DNA from: Octopus vulgaris
Lineage: Eukaryota
NCBI GenBank assembly: GCA_951406725.2
Contig: OX597814.1
Span: 75,454,001 to 75,518,000, forward strand
Direction: 5' to 3'
DNA: 64,000 nucleotides
The notes under the pieces are model-generated. The model was not told where the DNA came from, did no database searches, and saw only the letters and a list, made by a program, of their open reading frames with translations. Below, piece by piece: positions 39,763 through 53,800 of the stretch. Position 1 is the stretch's first letter. Every line of letters starts with the position of its first letter. A program made the translations under genes and the position numbers.

Positions 39763-39974
39763 CCCTTTAGCATTCAGACTACTCTATCAAATGTAATGTG
39801 TATTTATTCACATTGTTTTGAATTAGACATGCATTATCTCATAGCTTTGAGATTGTGATTGTTTATTTTTATGAAGACACTGTAAGGTATGTGTGAGATG
39901 TTGGACCTGGTCAGTTTGAACATAAAACAGGTAAAATATTTTGGCTGGATATAGTCGATTTAAATGCTAAAGAG
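39763..39974. mobile_element. ~220-bp TTAA MITE copy, opposite orientation
   Basis: TTAA|ccctttagcattcag...atgctaaagag|TTAG; reverse complement of 21922-22142. Confidence 0.8.
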
Positions 39975-42971
39975 TTAGAGTAGCAAGGCATGGTTTGAAG
40001 AGTTTTGGCTACTTTTCCTAATCTGTTAAACGATAACTTTGAGGCCTTGGAGCATCAAACAAAATGTCTGATGATATTCACTGACAAAGCCTTAAGTACT
40101 GAGTTGAAATTCTACCAATGTTGACTTTGAATATTGTTGTTTAGGGCTTAGTAAAATAAACACCAAATACTGCATTGATTTAATCAAGCTTCCCTCAAAA
40201 TGTGTGGTCTTATTGTAGCATATGACAATAATATTACATGGAATGGCAAAACTGTTAGATGGACAAAATGTCTTGCTGTATTTGTTCTGGCTCTTTACTT
40301 TGTGAGTTCAAATCCTTCAATTTAGCCTTTCAGTGAAGTTCTAGATACTATTTAATTCCTGAAAGTTGCCTTTCAGTCAGGTTCTAGAGATCATTTAATC
40401 CCTGAAAGTTCAGACCTTTGCCTATGATGGCAATACATGCTATATGATATTAATTGATAGTAATAAATGCAGAAAGAATGTAATGAGAATGATTTATAAA
40501 TCTGAAATAGCTCAGTACATTCTTAAAAATTAACAATGTAATTTTCTCAGCACAGCTGCAGAAACTTGTTTTGTAAAAATCTAAGGGAAAAAAATTAGTA
40601 TGGTAAAAAAAAAAAAAAAAAGAAAAAACAGAGGGAAGTTAAACTTTAGAAGGAAATTAAATAAACAGAAAGAAGCAGTAATGTTGATTTACAGAATCAT
40701 GAAACATTAGATCAAATCAAAGAAGACACCATGATAGTATTTTTGAAAATTTTCAATCATTATTTGTAGAAATATCAAATTACTCAGTAATGATCTGTTT
40801 GAATCAAAGGTTTGAAAAGACCAAGAAATATACCATAAATTGAATCATCTTAAAATACAGTAACATCACATAAACACATTATTTAACAGAAGTTTCAAGT
40901 ACTAGGATGAAAATTGATGTTTTTTTCTGAATAACAAGAGAATTTTCTCATCATACAAGATTTACATGTTTACAACACATGTATAATGTATAATGTTTGT
41001 ACGGCAATGAAATGTAGATAACGAATATAAAAGACATAAAATCTAGAAAATGAGGACATTAGTATGATCAGGTGGTTGTAAATGTGAATTTACAAGACAA
41101 TACACTGGTATGGGTTGAGTAAAGCAAGCAGATATCAAAGACACTGAACAGTACTAGCATGTAAAATTATTGCATTGATTTAGATATGTAATGATAACAA
41201 ACAACATGAGACAATACTTTAAGCTGGTTGATGGTGGCTGGTTCAGAGGGAAAATATAAAATTCAAAAAGAAAACTGGTCTTCGGTCCTAAAGAACTACC
41301 AAAAATCAGGGGAAAAAAACGAAACAAAACCCAGCAAATCTATTAAACTAATAATAACCAACATGGAAGCAAAACTGATTGGAGCTAGCTAGCAGTTTAA
41401 ACTTTAAGCAGTGCTCTCAAAAGATTAATGTTTTTTAGCACCAGGTGGTTAGTTTATATAAAGTAGACTTATGACCAAAGGGCTTCCAATCATACTATCC
41501 CTTCTTTCTCTTTTTTTTTTAGTGCAGTGCATTTTGGATAGCATTATCCAATCTACCTTTTATGATTTTTTCTTAATAGAGTAGGATCCAATTTCAAAAG
41601 TTTTGGTTGACATTTCTTTTGTGTCAAATGTTTGCATAAAGTCTCCTTTACTGGCTTAAGAGATTTATTTTAATTACATGAGAGAAATTCAATTTCCTGT
41701 TAATAATGCTATATTTTACATACAGTTTAAACTGCAGGACTTTCTATTCATCAGCTACAGATGGGACATCAATGATTTTAGCAGCTTGTCACAGCATCAT
41801 GCCTTTCATTGGTAGCTTTGTGGCTACCACCAAATGGCCAGGTTCTATTGACCAACACTCTAGAACATTTTCTTCTCTTCCATAATCCATGAGCCCCACC
41901 ACAACAAAACAGATGTAGATGTAGTCACTCCAACCATGTAGCAACTATTTTATTTTACTACCTTCAAATGATTTGTTTTCTGCCCTCAGCTTCCGTCATT
42001 CTAATATTTCTACCACATCTATGATGAAGCATTCTCTTCTTCCTTTTCTAGTTCACAAATTGTTTCTCTGCTCTCCTTCCTAAGTCTGATAACAACCAGA
42101 GAACAGTGTGGATCATACATACCTACATCATCTCACCTCTGGAAGCACCTTACACTGTCACTCTCACATCTCAGATGATTATTTAAGTCTTTCCTGTCCC
42201 CACACCATTCTTTCCTCTTAAGTCACCATCAACACAATGAAGACATTTTCTGTCAAGACAGATCATAACCATAAGCTCTAGGCTTTGCTTCATTATTACA
42301 ATATCGATAAATACTTTATGACAAACTATACTTTCAAGTCAACTTTCCATGGGACAGAGAAAGAGGACACAATCTAATGAATATTTTTTTTATATATCAG
42401 ATTTGGCAAAATATGTATATGGGAAACGCTTAGATATATTCTTTTGATTAAAAAGAAAAAGAGCTAAATAATTCATGTCAATTTACATATTGAATGTTTA
42501 TGTTATGTCCATTTGGCTTCAATCCTGCCTAGAGACCTCACAAAGGAAATGTTGCTTACTGAACAGATAATATAAAGAACAATAGTGTAGGAAATTTACA
42601 AGAAAGTATCACATGATCTAAAACGTATAAACTTATTTCTATATCTAGATTTAGTATGTAAGTATATAAACAGACATGATCAATAATAGCTAATAAATAT
42701 ATTCAAAGTAATATCAACAGTTATTACCCACTCTGACAAACTAGAGATAAAATTACACAGAGATACTTAGCATCATGTGCTTAAGGAAAGAAAAAGGCCA
42801 AATAGAAAAATATAAATAGAAGTAAAAACAAAATAAATAAACTAGATTAATATTGATTCCATTAGATCAAGACCTCCCATTTTCATATTGGAATATAATT
42901 GTCATAGAGTATGAGTAACATCTCAGCAAGACAGATTGTTACGTATGTATGTGTGTATGTATGTATGCATA

Positions 42972-43016
<45 letters not shown>

Positions 43017-43099
43017 GTATATATGTGTGTGTATATATATGTATATATGTGTGTATATATATATATATATATGTGTTTGTGTATATATATATATGTACA

Positions 43100-43140
<41 letters not shown>

Positions 43141-43143
<3 letters not shown>

Positions 43144-44533
43144 GACCTATTGTGAAGACCTATTGAGGCAGAGGCAAGTGTGTGACACTGGTGGAGACCT
43201 GTTGAGGCAAGTGTGTGACCCTTGTGAAGACCTGTTGAGGCAAGTGAAAATCAAACCAAATCAAAATAGATGAATATCAATGGAATTTGTATCTTTGTGG
43301 TTCCAGTACAGGTGGCACACAAGAAAACCATCCGAACGTGGCCGTAGCTGGTACCGCATCGACTGGCCTCCGTGCTGTGGGCACAACAAACACCATCTGA
43401 TCGTGGCCGTTCGCCAGCCTCACCTGGCACCTGTGTCGGTGGCACATAAAAACACCATCCAAAGACCCGGTGACGTAGTCAGTCCACCTGTGCATACCTT
43501 CCCTCTTATGACACTTGTGAAGACCTGTTGAGGCAGAGGCAAGTGTGTGACACTTTGTGAAGACCTGTTGAGGCAGAGGCAAGTGTGTGACACTTGTGGA
43601 GACCTGTTGAGGCAAGTGTGTGACACGCGTGACACTTGTGAAGACCTGTTGAGGCAAGTGAAAATCAAAAAATCAAAATCAAAATCAAACCAAATCAAAA
43701 TAGATGAACATCAATGGAATTTGTATCTTTGTGGTTCCAGTACCGGTGGCACACAAGAAAACCATCCGATCGTGGCCGTTCGCCAGCCACATCTGGCACC
43801 TGTGTCGGTGGCACATAAAGACACCCGTGGCCGTTCGCCAGCCACATCTGGCACCTGTGTCGGTGGCACATAAAGACACCATCCGAAGACCCGGCGACGT
43901 AGACAGTCCACCTGTGCATACCTTCCTTCTTGTGACACTTGTGAAGACCTGTTGAGGCAAGTGAAAATCAAATCAAATCAAATCAAAATAGATGAACATA
44001 AATGGAATTTGTATCTTTGTGGTACCAGTGCCGGTGGCACACAAGAAAATCATCCGAACGTGGCCGTAGCCAGTACCGCATAGACTGGCCTCCGTGCTTT
44101 GGGGACGTAACAAACACCATCCGATCGTGGCCGTCCGCCAGCCTCATCTGGCACCTGTGTCGGTGGCACATAAAAACACCATCCGAGCGTGGCCGTCTGC
44201 CAGCCTCGTCTGGCACCTGTGTCGGTGGCACATAAAAACACCATCCGAGCGTGGCCGTCTGCCAGCCTCGTCTGGCACCTGTGTCGGTGGCACATAAAAA
44301 CACCATCCGAGCGTGGCCGTTCGCCAGCCTCGTCTGGCACCTGTGTCGGTGGCACATAAAATCACCCACTACACTCTCGGAGTGGTTGGCGTTAGGAAGG
44401 GCATCCAGCTGTAGAAACACTGCCAGATCTGACTGGCCTGGTGCAGCCTTCGGGCTCCCCAGACCCCAGTTGAACCGTCCAACCCATGCTAGCATGGAAA
44501 ACGGACGCTAAATGATGATGATGATGATGATGA
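43141..44533 (+). repeat. Hierarchical tandem array of RTE 3' UTR modules ending in the (ATG)n tail
   Basis: Repeated tgtgaagacctgttgaggcaagtg units, ~62-bp caccatccgagcgtggccgt...gtcggtggcacataaaaa units and three ~300-420-bp higher-order units; homologous to 57890-58468; embedded in (TA)n/(TG)n. Confidence 0.88.
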
Positions 44534-44567
44534 TATATATATGTTTGTGTATATATATATATGTACA

Positions 44568-44612
<45 letters not shown>

Positions 44613-44614
<2 letters not shown>

Positions 44615-44687
44615 TCCCAGATCCCCGGTCGAACCGTCCAACCCATGCTAGCATGGAGAATAGACGTTAAACGATGATGATGATGAT
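44613..44687 (+). mobile_element. Short RTE 3' tail in (TA)n
   Basis: cttcccagatccccggtcgaaccgtccaacccatgctagcatgg...gatgatgat. Confidence 0.85.
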
Positions 44688-44799
44688 ATATATATAAATA
44701 AAATTTTAAACCTTTAAAAATATTTCAGCTTCAAAGCTACAGTCATGCTGGGCTGCACAACACCAATATTTGAAGCCTCATCTGATATGTGGCATTTAG

Positions 44800-45630
44800 T
44801 CAATTAGGGCATTTGATGCCACTGCCCTCATCTGCGTTTCCTGCTGTGAGGTAGGCTTGTCTGTAAGCCTTGACAGAAAGAGATCCAGTTTTGTTTCAAA
44901 GACACATTCACATCATGCAGGTCTTTCAGGCATTTTGGAGGGATATTGAAGAGCAGTGGGCCTTTGAAGCCCAAGGTGTTGCAATATCTGGCCCTGTATT
45001 TTGACAGCAAGGCTATGATCTTTGGCATTATGTAGTGGCACCCCGTTCTGCAGTTTGAGTAACTTTCAATACCAAAGTTTGGTACAAGGCCTTTTAGGAT
45101 TTTCCAGATGTATATCACTGTATATCTTTCCTGCCTTTGTTCTAGGGAGAAAAGTTTTAATTCTTTCAGTCTCTCCCAGTAGCTGATACATTGCATCGAG
45201 ACAATTTTCTTAGTTTAATTTCACTGGATTGCTTTGAGTTCTGCCATGGATTTTATAGTGTGTGGTGACCATAGTTGGGAGCAGTAGTCCAACAGAGAAT
45301 TCAACCAGCCATCTGTCTGTATTTTATTACCAAATTGGTAATATGCATTTGAAAAGATGCATCGTTGCTCATGTCAAAGCCCAGGTCACCAAGTGGTTTT
45401 GATACAGGGATTTCAATTCCTCATGGGCCAGTGTATCCTGTCTGCATGTCATTTAGCTTTGTGTGCTGGTAGAGTAGGGCCTGGAATTTTCCTGCATTAA
45501 ACTCCGGTTGCAGATGTGCAATATTTCCAGGTTTTTTTTTTTGTCTGGGAGACTTTTCTGTCATCTGCATAGCTAGCAAGGGTGGCTATCTGAGTAGATG
45601 AGGGCACGTCTGAGAGGGCCACTATGTCTT
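44800..45630 (-). mobile_element. CR1/L2-type LINE 3' fragment
   Basis: ORF 44828-45196 SYWERLKELKLFSLEQRQERY..IY.WKI; upstream remnants resembling YADD.K, DLG and DYCSQLWSP. Confidence 0.8.
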
Positions 45631-45755
45631 TTCAGGTACACACACATATAGAAAATTGAAATATTATCTTTCAGTAGTTTATAAGGTAAAATCTTAAATT
45701 ATTAATTGACACATTATTAATTATCTTATAACAGTAACGCCTGGAAAAATTGTGG

Positions 45756-46194
45756 ATTACATGGAAAAATGCAAGCATGAAAAGTAATATTCTTAAGATT
45801 ATAAACATGGAAAAGTACAGGACAAGTCATTATACTTGTAAAAGTATAGGACAAGCTATAAAATATGGCAGCTAAAATTAAAATTTGAATATTAAAACCT
45901 ATTTTATTATAGTTCACAAATAACACAATACTTATTTAAGTAGAATTTGGCTAATTTACTACCTTAAATACAGAAAAAAGTAACTAATTAGACAAACTTA
46001 CAAATTAGCTGAACAGTTTTGTACAATAAATTTAAAAGATGAGAACTGTAAAGAGTGCTAAATTAGAAGAATTGGCATTCTTTATTGCAATATTTTAAGT
46101 AAAAAGTTTTACAGGTGTAATAACTTGTCCTGTACTTTTCCACGTTTATAATCTTAAGAATATTACTTTCCATGTTTGCATTTTACCATGTAAT
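45756..46194. repeat. Inverted repeat, ~88-bp arms, ~260-bp spacer (MITE-like)
   Basis: attacatggaaaaatgc...gtacaggacaagt (45756-45844) versus acttgtcctgtac...gcattttaccatgtaat (46107-46194). Confidence 0.8.
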
Positions 46195-48864
46195 AAATAT
46201 ATATATATATATAATGAAAGTAATGGATTTGTTTCCTATTACAGGTGGCTTAGATTGAAGTAGAGCATGAATAGATGAAATTCCAAGGATTTTTAAAAAT
46301 CTATGACAAAAGAATTGTAAGAAATGTTGATTTGACAAATGAAATGAAATATTCAACTCCCTTTACAAAATTTACTCCATTCATTTTGGTTAGTTTATAT
46401 GGTGAGGTTAGCCCACAAGTGTGCTAATTTCATTGTTTCATTTTCTTCCCCCTGTTTTATTACATATTTTATTTCGCTGAGTGCATCTGAGTTTTTGAAT
46501 AGTCATATTATATCTCTGATAGATAGGGAACAATTAACAGGGCTGGCATTCAACTTTGAAACAGTACCTTATGGGGCCTGCAATGCTAACCCCAACTACA
46601 GTAGAGAAAACGACCTTAAAACTGTTGTCATATCAAATATTTAATTTTGGATAAGATTCTTCTAAAGAACCTCAAATACATATTACTTCAATAAACCTTG
46701 TGACTAGCATTTTCATACATCATAAAAAAAAAGACAAAACAAAGTAAAGCTTAATTTTATCAATAAATCACAATCAGGAGAATGAACAAATTGACTTGCA
46801 AATAGAAATATAAATTAAACAGGACGTCTTAGAGGCTCAGACTTAAAATACTAAGTTAGGTGTCTGGAAAATATAAATAGAAACTGACAGGAGAAAGTAC
46901 CCATGGCAAAGAAAGTAAGTGGTAAATATGGCTCTTATGATGATGGGCTCCATAAACAAAATGACACAGTCAAATAGAGCAATAACACAGTGTAATGAAG
47001 ACCTATTCAAATCGCATGAGCACATTGATAATGATACTGGAAAATGGTGCATTATACAGCTTGCTTTAGATTATTCAGTTCCTACATGCCATAACTAAAC
47101 AATTAACACAGGGAAGCAACATAATAAACAATTTATGACAAATGTGTATCTGGTGTATGTCAACAGCCCAGAGCAATTATGTTGTAAATAGATATCAATG
47201 GTAGATACAGTTTACCATTGCAAATAGCAAGAGCATTACATAATTACCAAATGCTTCATTGGGTTGTGATATTCCTATGAGTAAAGCATGTGACAAATTG
47301 GCATATTTTACTCATAGAAAGCATCTCTCTTAACTATTTAATGCCTAGAAAACTGAACCATCCAATATCTTCTAAACAGAGGTAAATAATATGAAAAATT
47401 TATTAAAAGAAAAAAATTCATTGTGCATATTGCAATAACAAACAGTATTAGCAGAAGTAGTTGTGATGACAGAAGTAGGAGTAGCAACAATATTACTAGT
47501 TTTAACTTGACAAAATGTTGCTGATATATGCACTACAATAACATTATAGTCATACAATATACTAACAAATTCTCTCCAGTTGTTCCAGCCAATTGTAGAT
47601 ATTCTCTTTCAAAAGACAATCTCGCTAGATAGAGAACAGATGCATAAGCATCACTGTCAGTTACTAATCCATTTAACCTGTTCTGAATAGTGTGGGGTTT
47701 CTGGTCAATTTATTACTAAGATCTTCTCCAAGAAAAATCAATAAAAGTAAGCTTTCTAACAGTAAGAATTCACTTTTGGATAAACTCCCCCCTTTTTTTT
47801 TTAAATATTTTCCTCCTTTTCAAGATTATATTTTTATTATTATATATAAATGGAAAAATATGCCTAGAATATTAGGTATATTATTAGAAATATTGGACTG
47901 GATGCTTTCATGAAACTAGTTTAACTCTCACTTCTAAGTTCAAATATCACCAAATATCTGTTTGCTTTTCTTTCCTCTGGGACTAATGACATTAAATACC
48001 AGCAATATATTGAGACAAATTTCATTAACAGAACTCTCTTTTACCAATCACTGTTGATTATCACTAACATAATGTTCAGCCATATGTAGAGATACCAACA
48101 AGAAAGTTAACATGCTCTGACAGTCATACTGCACTCTGCAAGAACCAACAGTTTGTTGCTTTACTTTTGTGTCATGTGGGCCATAGAACAGACTAAAGAA
48201 TGGTATATCAAGAATGTAGGATTTACAGCTAGCCCCGAGCATTTAGTCAACAATGCTAACACCATGAATCTACTTAATCAGATCTGACTGCAGTTACATT
48301 CACTACACACACACACACACACATGTAAATTAATCTATCCATTGCTCTATACATATATTCAACTTTAGGGGAAACATACAGATCGACTGAATTACCTTGA
48401 GATGGACATGTAGCAGTGAGGAGTAAGTGAGAGGCAGCAAATGTACATTGTGAGTTGTGCACTGCTAATAATAGAACATATCATCCTAGTGCCATGGGCC
48501 ACTAACCATACAAATCCAATAGCATGCTGATGCATGTAGAGCACTGCAACTTGACCAAACAAACACCAGAAAATAAAGCTAAGTGTGCAAATGATTAATT
48601 GAAATTGATATAAGCAAGGTATGTTCACAACTCCATCATCCCAAACATGCATGAATGTGTTTTCAAAACCTATAATGAGTATGACTTTTATTAATGAACC
48701 ACAAAGTGGCACCTATGTGAACAAGCAAAACCTGAAGGAATAATATCTAAGGCATTTATAACTTAAAGGAAGATATGGTTTGCAGAGCACTATAATACCT
48801 CACTTGAACATACATAAAATTACAAAAATAAAACAAATACAAGAAATATTTGGTATTATATATT

Positions 48865-49248
48865 CTTTTACATGTTTCAGTCATTTAAGTGCAGTCATGC
48901 TGGAGCATTGCCATAAAGGATTTTAGTCAAACAAATCAACCCGAGGACTTATTCTTTGTAAGCCTGGTACTTATTCTATTGGTCTCTTTTGCTGAACTGC
49001 TAAGTTATGGAGACATAAACACACCAACAACAGATAAGGGGACAAACACAGACACACACACACATATATATATATACATACATATGACAGGCTTCTTTCA
49101 GTTTCCGTCAACCAAATCCACTCACAAAGCTTTGGTTGGCTTGAGGCTATAGAAGAAGACACTTGCCCAAGGTGCCATGCAGTGGGACTGAACCTGGAAC
49201 CATATGGTTGGGAAGTTAGCTTTTTACTACATAGCCATGCCTGTACCT
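48865..49248 (-). mobile_element. tRNA-derived SINE, full length
   Basis: Same family as 12752-13120; head ggtacaggcatggctatgtag...ggttcagtcccactgc on minus strand. Confidence 0.85.
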
Positions 49249-49388
49249 ATATATGGTTATAAAGCTAAGATTATATTATCTTAATTTGTCAAGTCTTGAG
49301 TGACCCTCTCCTATACAAACTGTCTTAACAGCTAAAGAGCCCTGATTCATCTATCGCTCTGCCAGTGATCTTGCCGTACACTTATTAA

Positions 49389-50475
49389 CCCTTTCGTTAC
49401 TATATTTCAGACCAAAATACACCCCTTATGTGTTTCAATTAATTTCTAACATAATCATAAATTTAGTCTGGTTTCATTAAACAACTACAACTTTTTTATT
49501 TATCAATATATTAATGTGATTTTTGGAAGATAATTTAATGAAATGTTCTCAACCAATTCCATACTATAATTTTTGTCACAAAGTGACTCTAATTGCAGGT
49601 AGATACAGGTAAATTCAACAAAATATAAAATTATTAAAATTTTGTTCAAACATCACTATAGAAAATGGGTTTTATTAGCTAATATTCAATTGGGTATACA
49701 ACAAAATTTTACGATAGAATTTGTTATTCTGGGTAACTTTCTGATACCCATAATAATATTTATGGCAAAATAGTCTTAATTTTGTTTAAGGTTGTAGGAA
49801 ACCACTAACTATCCTTTCTTTCGCTTTGTTTACATTTAGCGTAACGGTTCGTTTCCGTCGTAATGAGTTCAAATAGACTCATCGGAAAAAGTAAAAAGAA
49901 ATAGTCTATCATTTTACTCTCCTGGGAAAGTCTGTGACTTAGTCCAGTTTCTTCAGAAAAATCACCGAAAGAAACAGTTTTTAAATTTTCACTCCATTCA
50001 GGTGCCAATTCATTTTCTTTATCGCTGTCGGAGCTCTCGGATTCACTGTTTTCACTTTTGGAAAATGAAACATCAGATTCATTATCAAATACCACGTGCT
50101 TTGTTTTTCAGTCATAGAGTTAGATTTATGAAGGTCTTCAGTAGAAAATCCTTCGAATTCTGACTTGCTGCTTGATATAATGAAATTCGTATCCATTTTT
50201 TGTCAGAATTACAAATTTTGAAAATACAATAGGAACAAATTTCGGAAAAAAATCTCCCAAAATTCACAGAATTAAAATTACACTTTGATCGTTGTACAAA
50301 ACTGTAGATGAATTGTTTATGAAGTATAATCAGGTGTTTTCACGAATGTACTAAAGAGATTTGCTCTGATATTCTCATTTAAATATGAATAGGTAAATAC
50401 GGACGGGTTTGGGCGGTTTGGTCACATTAACCAAAATTTTTTCGGGCGGCTTTGGGCGGTTTGGTAACGAAAAGG
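49389..50475 (-). mobile_element. Internally deleted piggyBac transposon
   Basis: TTAA at 49385-49388 and 50476-50479; TIRs ccctttcgttac / gtaacgaaaagg; subterminal tttgggcggtttggt repeats. Confidence 0.9.
49805..50196 (-). pseudogene. piggyBac transposase N-terminal remnant (one frameshift)
   Basis: Acidic N-terminus (SSSKSEFEGFS; SESESSDSDKE) followed by DYFFLLFP..LFELITTETNRYA, typical of piggyBac/PGBD N-termini; no DDD core. Confidence 0.8.
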
Positions 50476-50592
50476 TTAATCATCTAAAGTACTTCTATAT
50501 CTCTGCACACTGTTGCTAGATATCCAATGATCATATGTATGTATGCGTATGCATGTGTGAGTGTGCACACCTGTGTGTGTAAAATATGTACA

Positions 50593-50878
50593 CGCGGTGC
50601 ATTCAAAAAGTATCCAACTTATTTTTCCCCACTAAAAAAAAACAATGCTGTGTGGGCAAAATCCTTGGGGTGGGGTGATACCACTTCCTATGTTGGCATG
50701 AAAATTTTCATGCCAGCAGGCCACATCTGTTCCTCACATTATACCAAGAGCACAGACGTGGAGCATTTGGTGTACTCTAAATATGACAGCCAGGAATCGA
50801 CACATCCTAGGATTTTGCCCCCAGGGCATTAGTTTTGGCAAGGGAAAATAAAGTCAGATACTTTTTAAACACACTCCA
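50593..50878. mobile_element. Mariner-type MITE
   Basis: Degenerate TIRs ggtgcattcaaaaagtatccaactt / aagtcagatactttttaaacacac, followed by TA on the right. Confidence 0.65.
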
Positions 50879-53800
50879 TATACACACACATGGCAGGCCT
50901 CTCTCGGTTTCCATCTACCATATCCATTCACAAGGCTTTGGTCAACCTGGAACTACAGTAGAACACTTGTCCAGGCTGAATTGCCGTGGAGCAGAACGCA
51001 AAATGGTGTCATTTGAAAACCAAATTCTTAACCACACAGCCATGCCTACCTGCACACATACATGCATGCCTGCATGCACATGCGAGCATGTGTGCATACA
51101 CACACACATATACATACATATCCTCTTTCCATAAGGTAAAATTAGATGAGAATTTTTTCTTTTCTGAAACATTTAAACAGAGTGATTGAAAAAATGGGTC
51201 GAATGTTCTATTAGAATACCTATTTTTCATTTAAATACATCCATGTTTTTTCACAGCATCAACAATTACAGCAATAGAAGTGATTAAATAAAATTACTCT
51301 GACACAATTATTTCATTAGATATCAGCCTAGATTTCATGACAAAATGAGAGAAAATAAAAAGAAATTTTTTTAAGAAATGTTTTTAATTGAAACAACTTA
51401 CTGATATACAAATGAGCTTTAAAAAATACATAGTAGATTTTTTAAATTAGTAGTGATAATAATGGGAATGGTAATAATGTTACAAGTAGACGGAATACTT
51501 AAATTGTTTGCCATACTTGTTTTTAAAAAATTTAATATCCATTTTTTCTATGTCAAGACAATTTACAAGTGCAATTGTTTTTTTTATATTTACACAGCCT
51601 TCCAACCACTAATAGTTTAACTGTGATAAGAGAGAGAAACTTATTGTCAGGTATGCATATAACCCATTCTGATTCAATAGCCATGATTAAGTTTGAAGCT
51701 ATAAGCCACTTTATTTTTACAGACTCTGATGCATACACAATATACAAATGATACAATTTTCTTCTTTACCTATTTTTTACTTCTAAATACGAAACTGTTT
51801 TCAAATTACAAATGTAATGGTTGTAAGAAATCTGAAGAACCTGTGTGTGTGTGTGCGTGCGTGTGTGTGCACATGCATAATTCCAAGATCTTGATGGTTC
51901 AAGCACTGAGATATGGTTTCAATTGCTAATTGATATAATTTCATTACTACACAAACATACCAGCTCCTCAATTATTCCTTCGCTGAAATAAGTTTTGTTA
52001 TACCACATAAGTAATTACTAAAACACAAGTACTTATGATTCACATTGGAAGTATTTCACAAGGTAGCATCAGACAAGCAATTTAATAGTATTCTGTTAAT
52101 CATTATGATTATTTTAAAGTCTTTTTTCATGCTAGCATGGAGTGGATAGCTGTGTTGGTTAGAATAACTGTAATCCTCATGATTCTTTCAGTTGTCTCAG
52201 AACTAACCACAGAACTTCTCATATCTTTTGCAATGGTACTTTCTAGTATCACCTCACAACACCCTTTCAACAGTATTTATTGTTTATCTGGATCAAAGAG
52301 GCATAAGAGAACAGTTGTCTCTCTTGAATACAACAGCAAATAACTTTAGTATCTACCCAATCTCTTGGCTCATTTATGCTCTACATTACACATAAGTTGA
52401 TGTTATCTGGCCTACTGATTACACCACCTCTGATCTTCAAGTTTCAATATCCCTGTTTCATCACACTGACAGAGAATTTGTTGCTTATAATAGAAGTATC
52501 AATTCCTGCATCTGTTTTAACTACTACACTTTGATAACAACCATTCTCAGTACTAAGAAGATCACTTAAATATTAGAAATCATCAACTGCATCTAGTGAA
52601 CATCCAAACAGTTTCATTTTTCAGATTCTGAAAAATTGAAGTTACCATTCTCTGTCACTCCCACTCATCATAAGCACTGAATACACAATTTCAAGTGCTT
52701 ACCTCCTCCAGTTCAATGCATCAAGCAAGGATACAGTCCAGTTCTTCCTACTCAGAACAGTTAAAATTAATACAGGCATTGTTTCTTCTCCATTAACTTT
52801 AGTTTTTTTTGGGTTTTTTTTAATGAAAGTATTGGGACTTTATTGTTAACTAACTTGTCTTTAGGTTGTTTTTATATATTTTATATCTGGACCTTAGACC
52901 ATTATTTCAGGCTCGGAATTTTATCTGGTATATAAAAGTTCCCAATGACAACCAGCCTGAACTCCTGTTATATTGCTTCAAAAATTATATTAAAAAACAT
53001 GGTCTGATGCCAGACATTATTAACAATTCTTTCAGGCTACAGTAATTTCTGTGAACTTCAGGCACCCACAAAGCTGATGCTTGATTCTAAATTGTACAAC
53101 ATTTAGCAGCTGAAAAATAAACCTTACTTTTTTTCATAGGCTACTAATTTATTGCAAGTAACACTTAGATCATCATGCACTTATCCTCTATTACAAGAAG
53201 TAGTAAGACTTGCAGATTAAAGTAGAGCTCAGAAATACACAACGCTGTACACAGTATGAATTTATAAGCTATGACCTGACAGTCTAATAGTTCGTTCACT
53301 TCAATCTTATTAATAATTAAGGAAGTCATATAATGGAATAAATGATGGTATAATTTTGGAACATTACAATGAAACATGTAGAAACCAGTATGAAAAAAAA
53401 AATCAAATATGATGTATTAATTATATGAATGTAATAGATATTATAAAAGTAAAATGCTCTTATAGACATATGGAATATAAGTAATATAGGTAACACATAA
53501 TTATACGCAGGGCTGGAAGCAGGTAATAGCTATGATTTATTGTACCAGTCACAAAGAGGAAAAAGAAACTTGCAATGAAATATATCAAAGATGTCTGAAA
53601 TTATCATAGCAAGAAATGGAGCAGGATGACTTTATAATGGGTCAAATTGTTAACAAACAGCTTTGTAATACATATCATGTCACTAGTGCTGTACTATGCT
53701 CATGGCAAAGAAGCTTAAATATCACTGCTTCAGTCCACAAACATGTAAATAACTGACTTAAGCAGGATAGGCCATTACATATTGAACAAGCATCAGTAGT

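Noticed and set aside
43222-43250. GTGAAGA-CCT-gttg-AGG-CAAG as a hammerhead
   Set aside because: Position 3 is G, no GAAA follows stem II and no NUH/stem I; better read as a bulged hairpin.
43141-44360. CRISPR-like array
   Set aside because: Repeats abut without unique spacers, match the RTE 3' UTR, no cas genes, eukaryotic context.
43251-44511. Many overlapping Cys/Arg-rich ORFs
   Set aside because: Stop-poor GC-rich tandem repeat, open on both strands.
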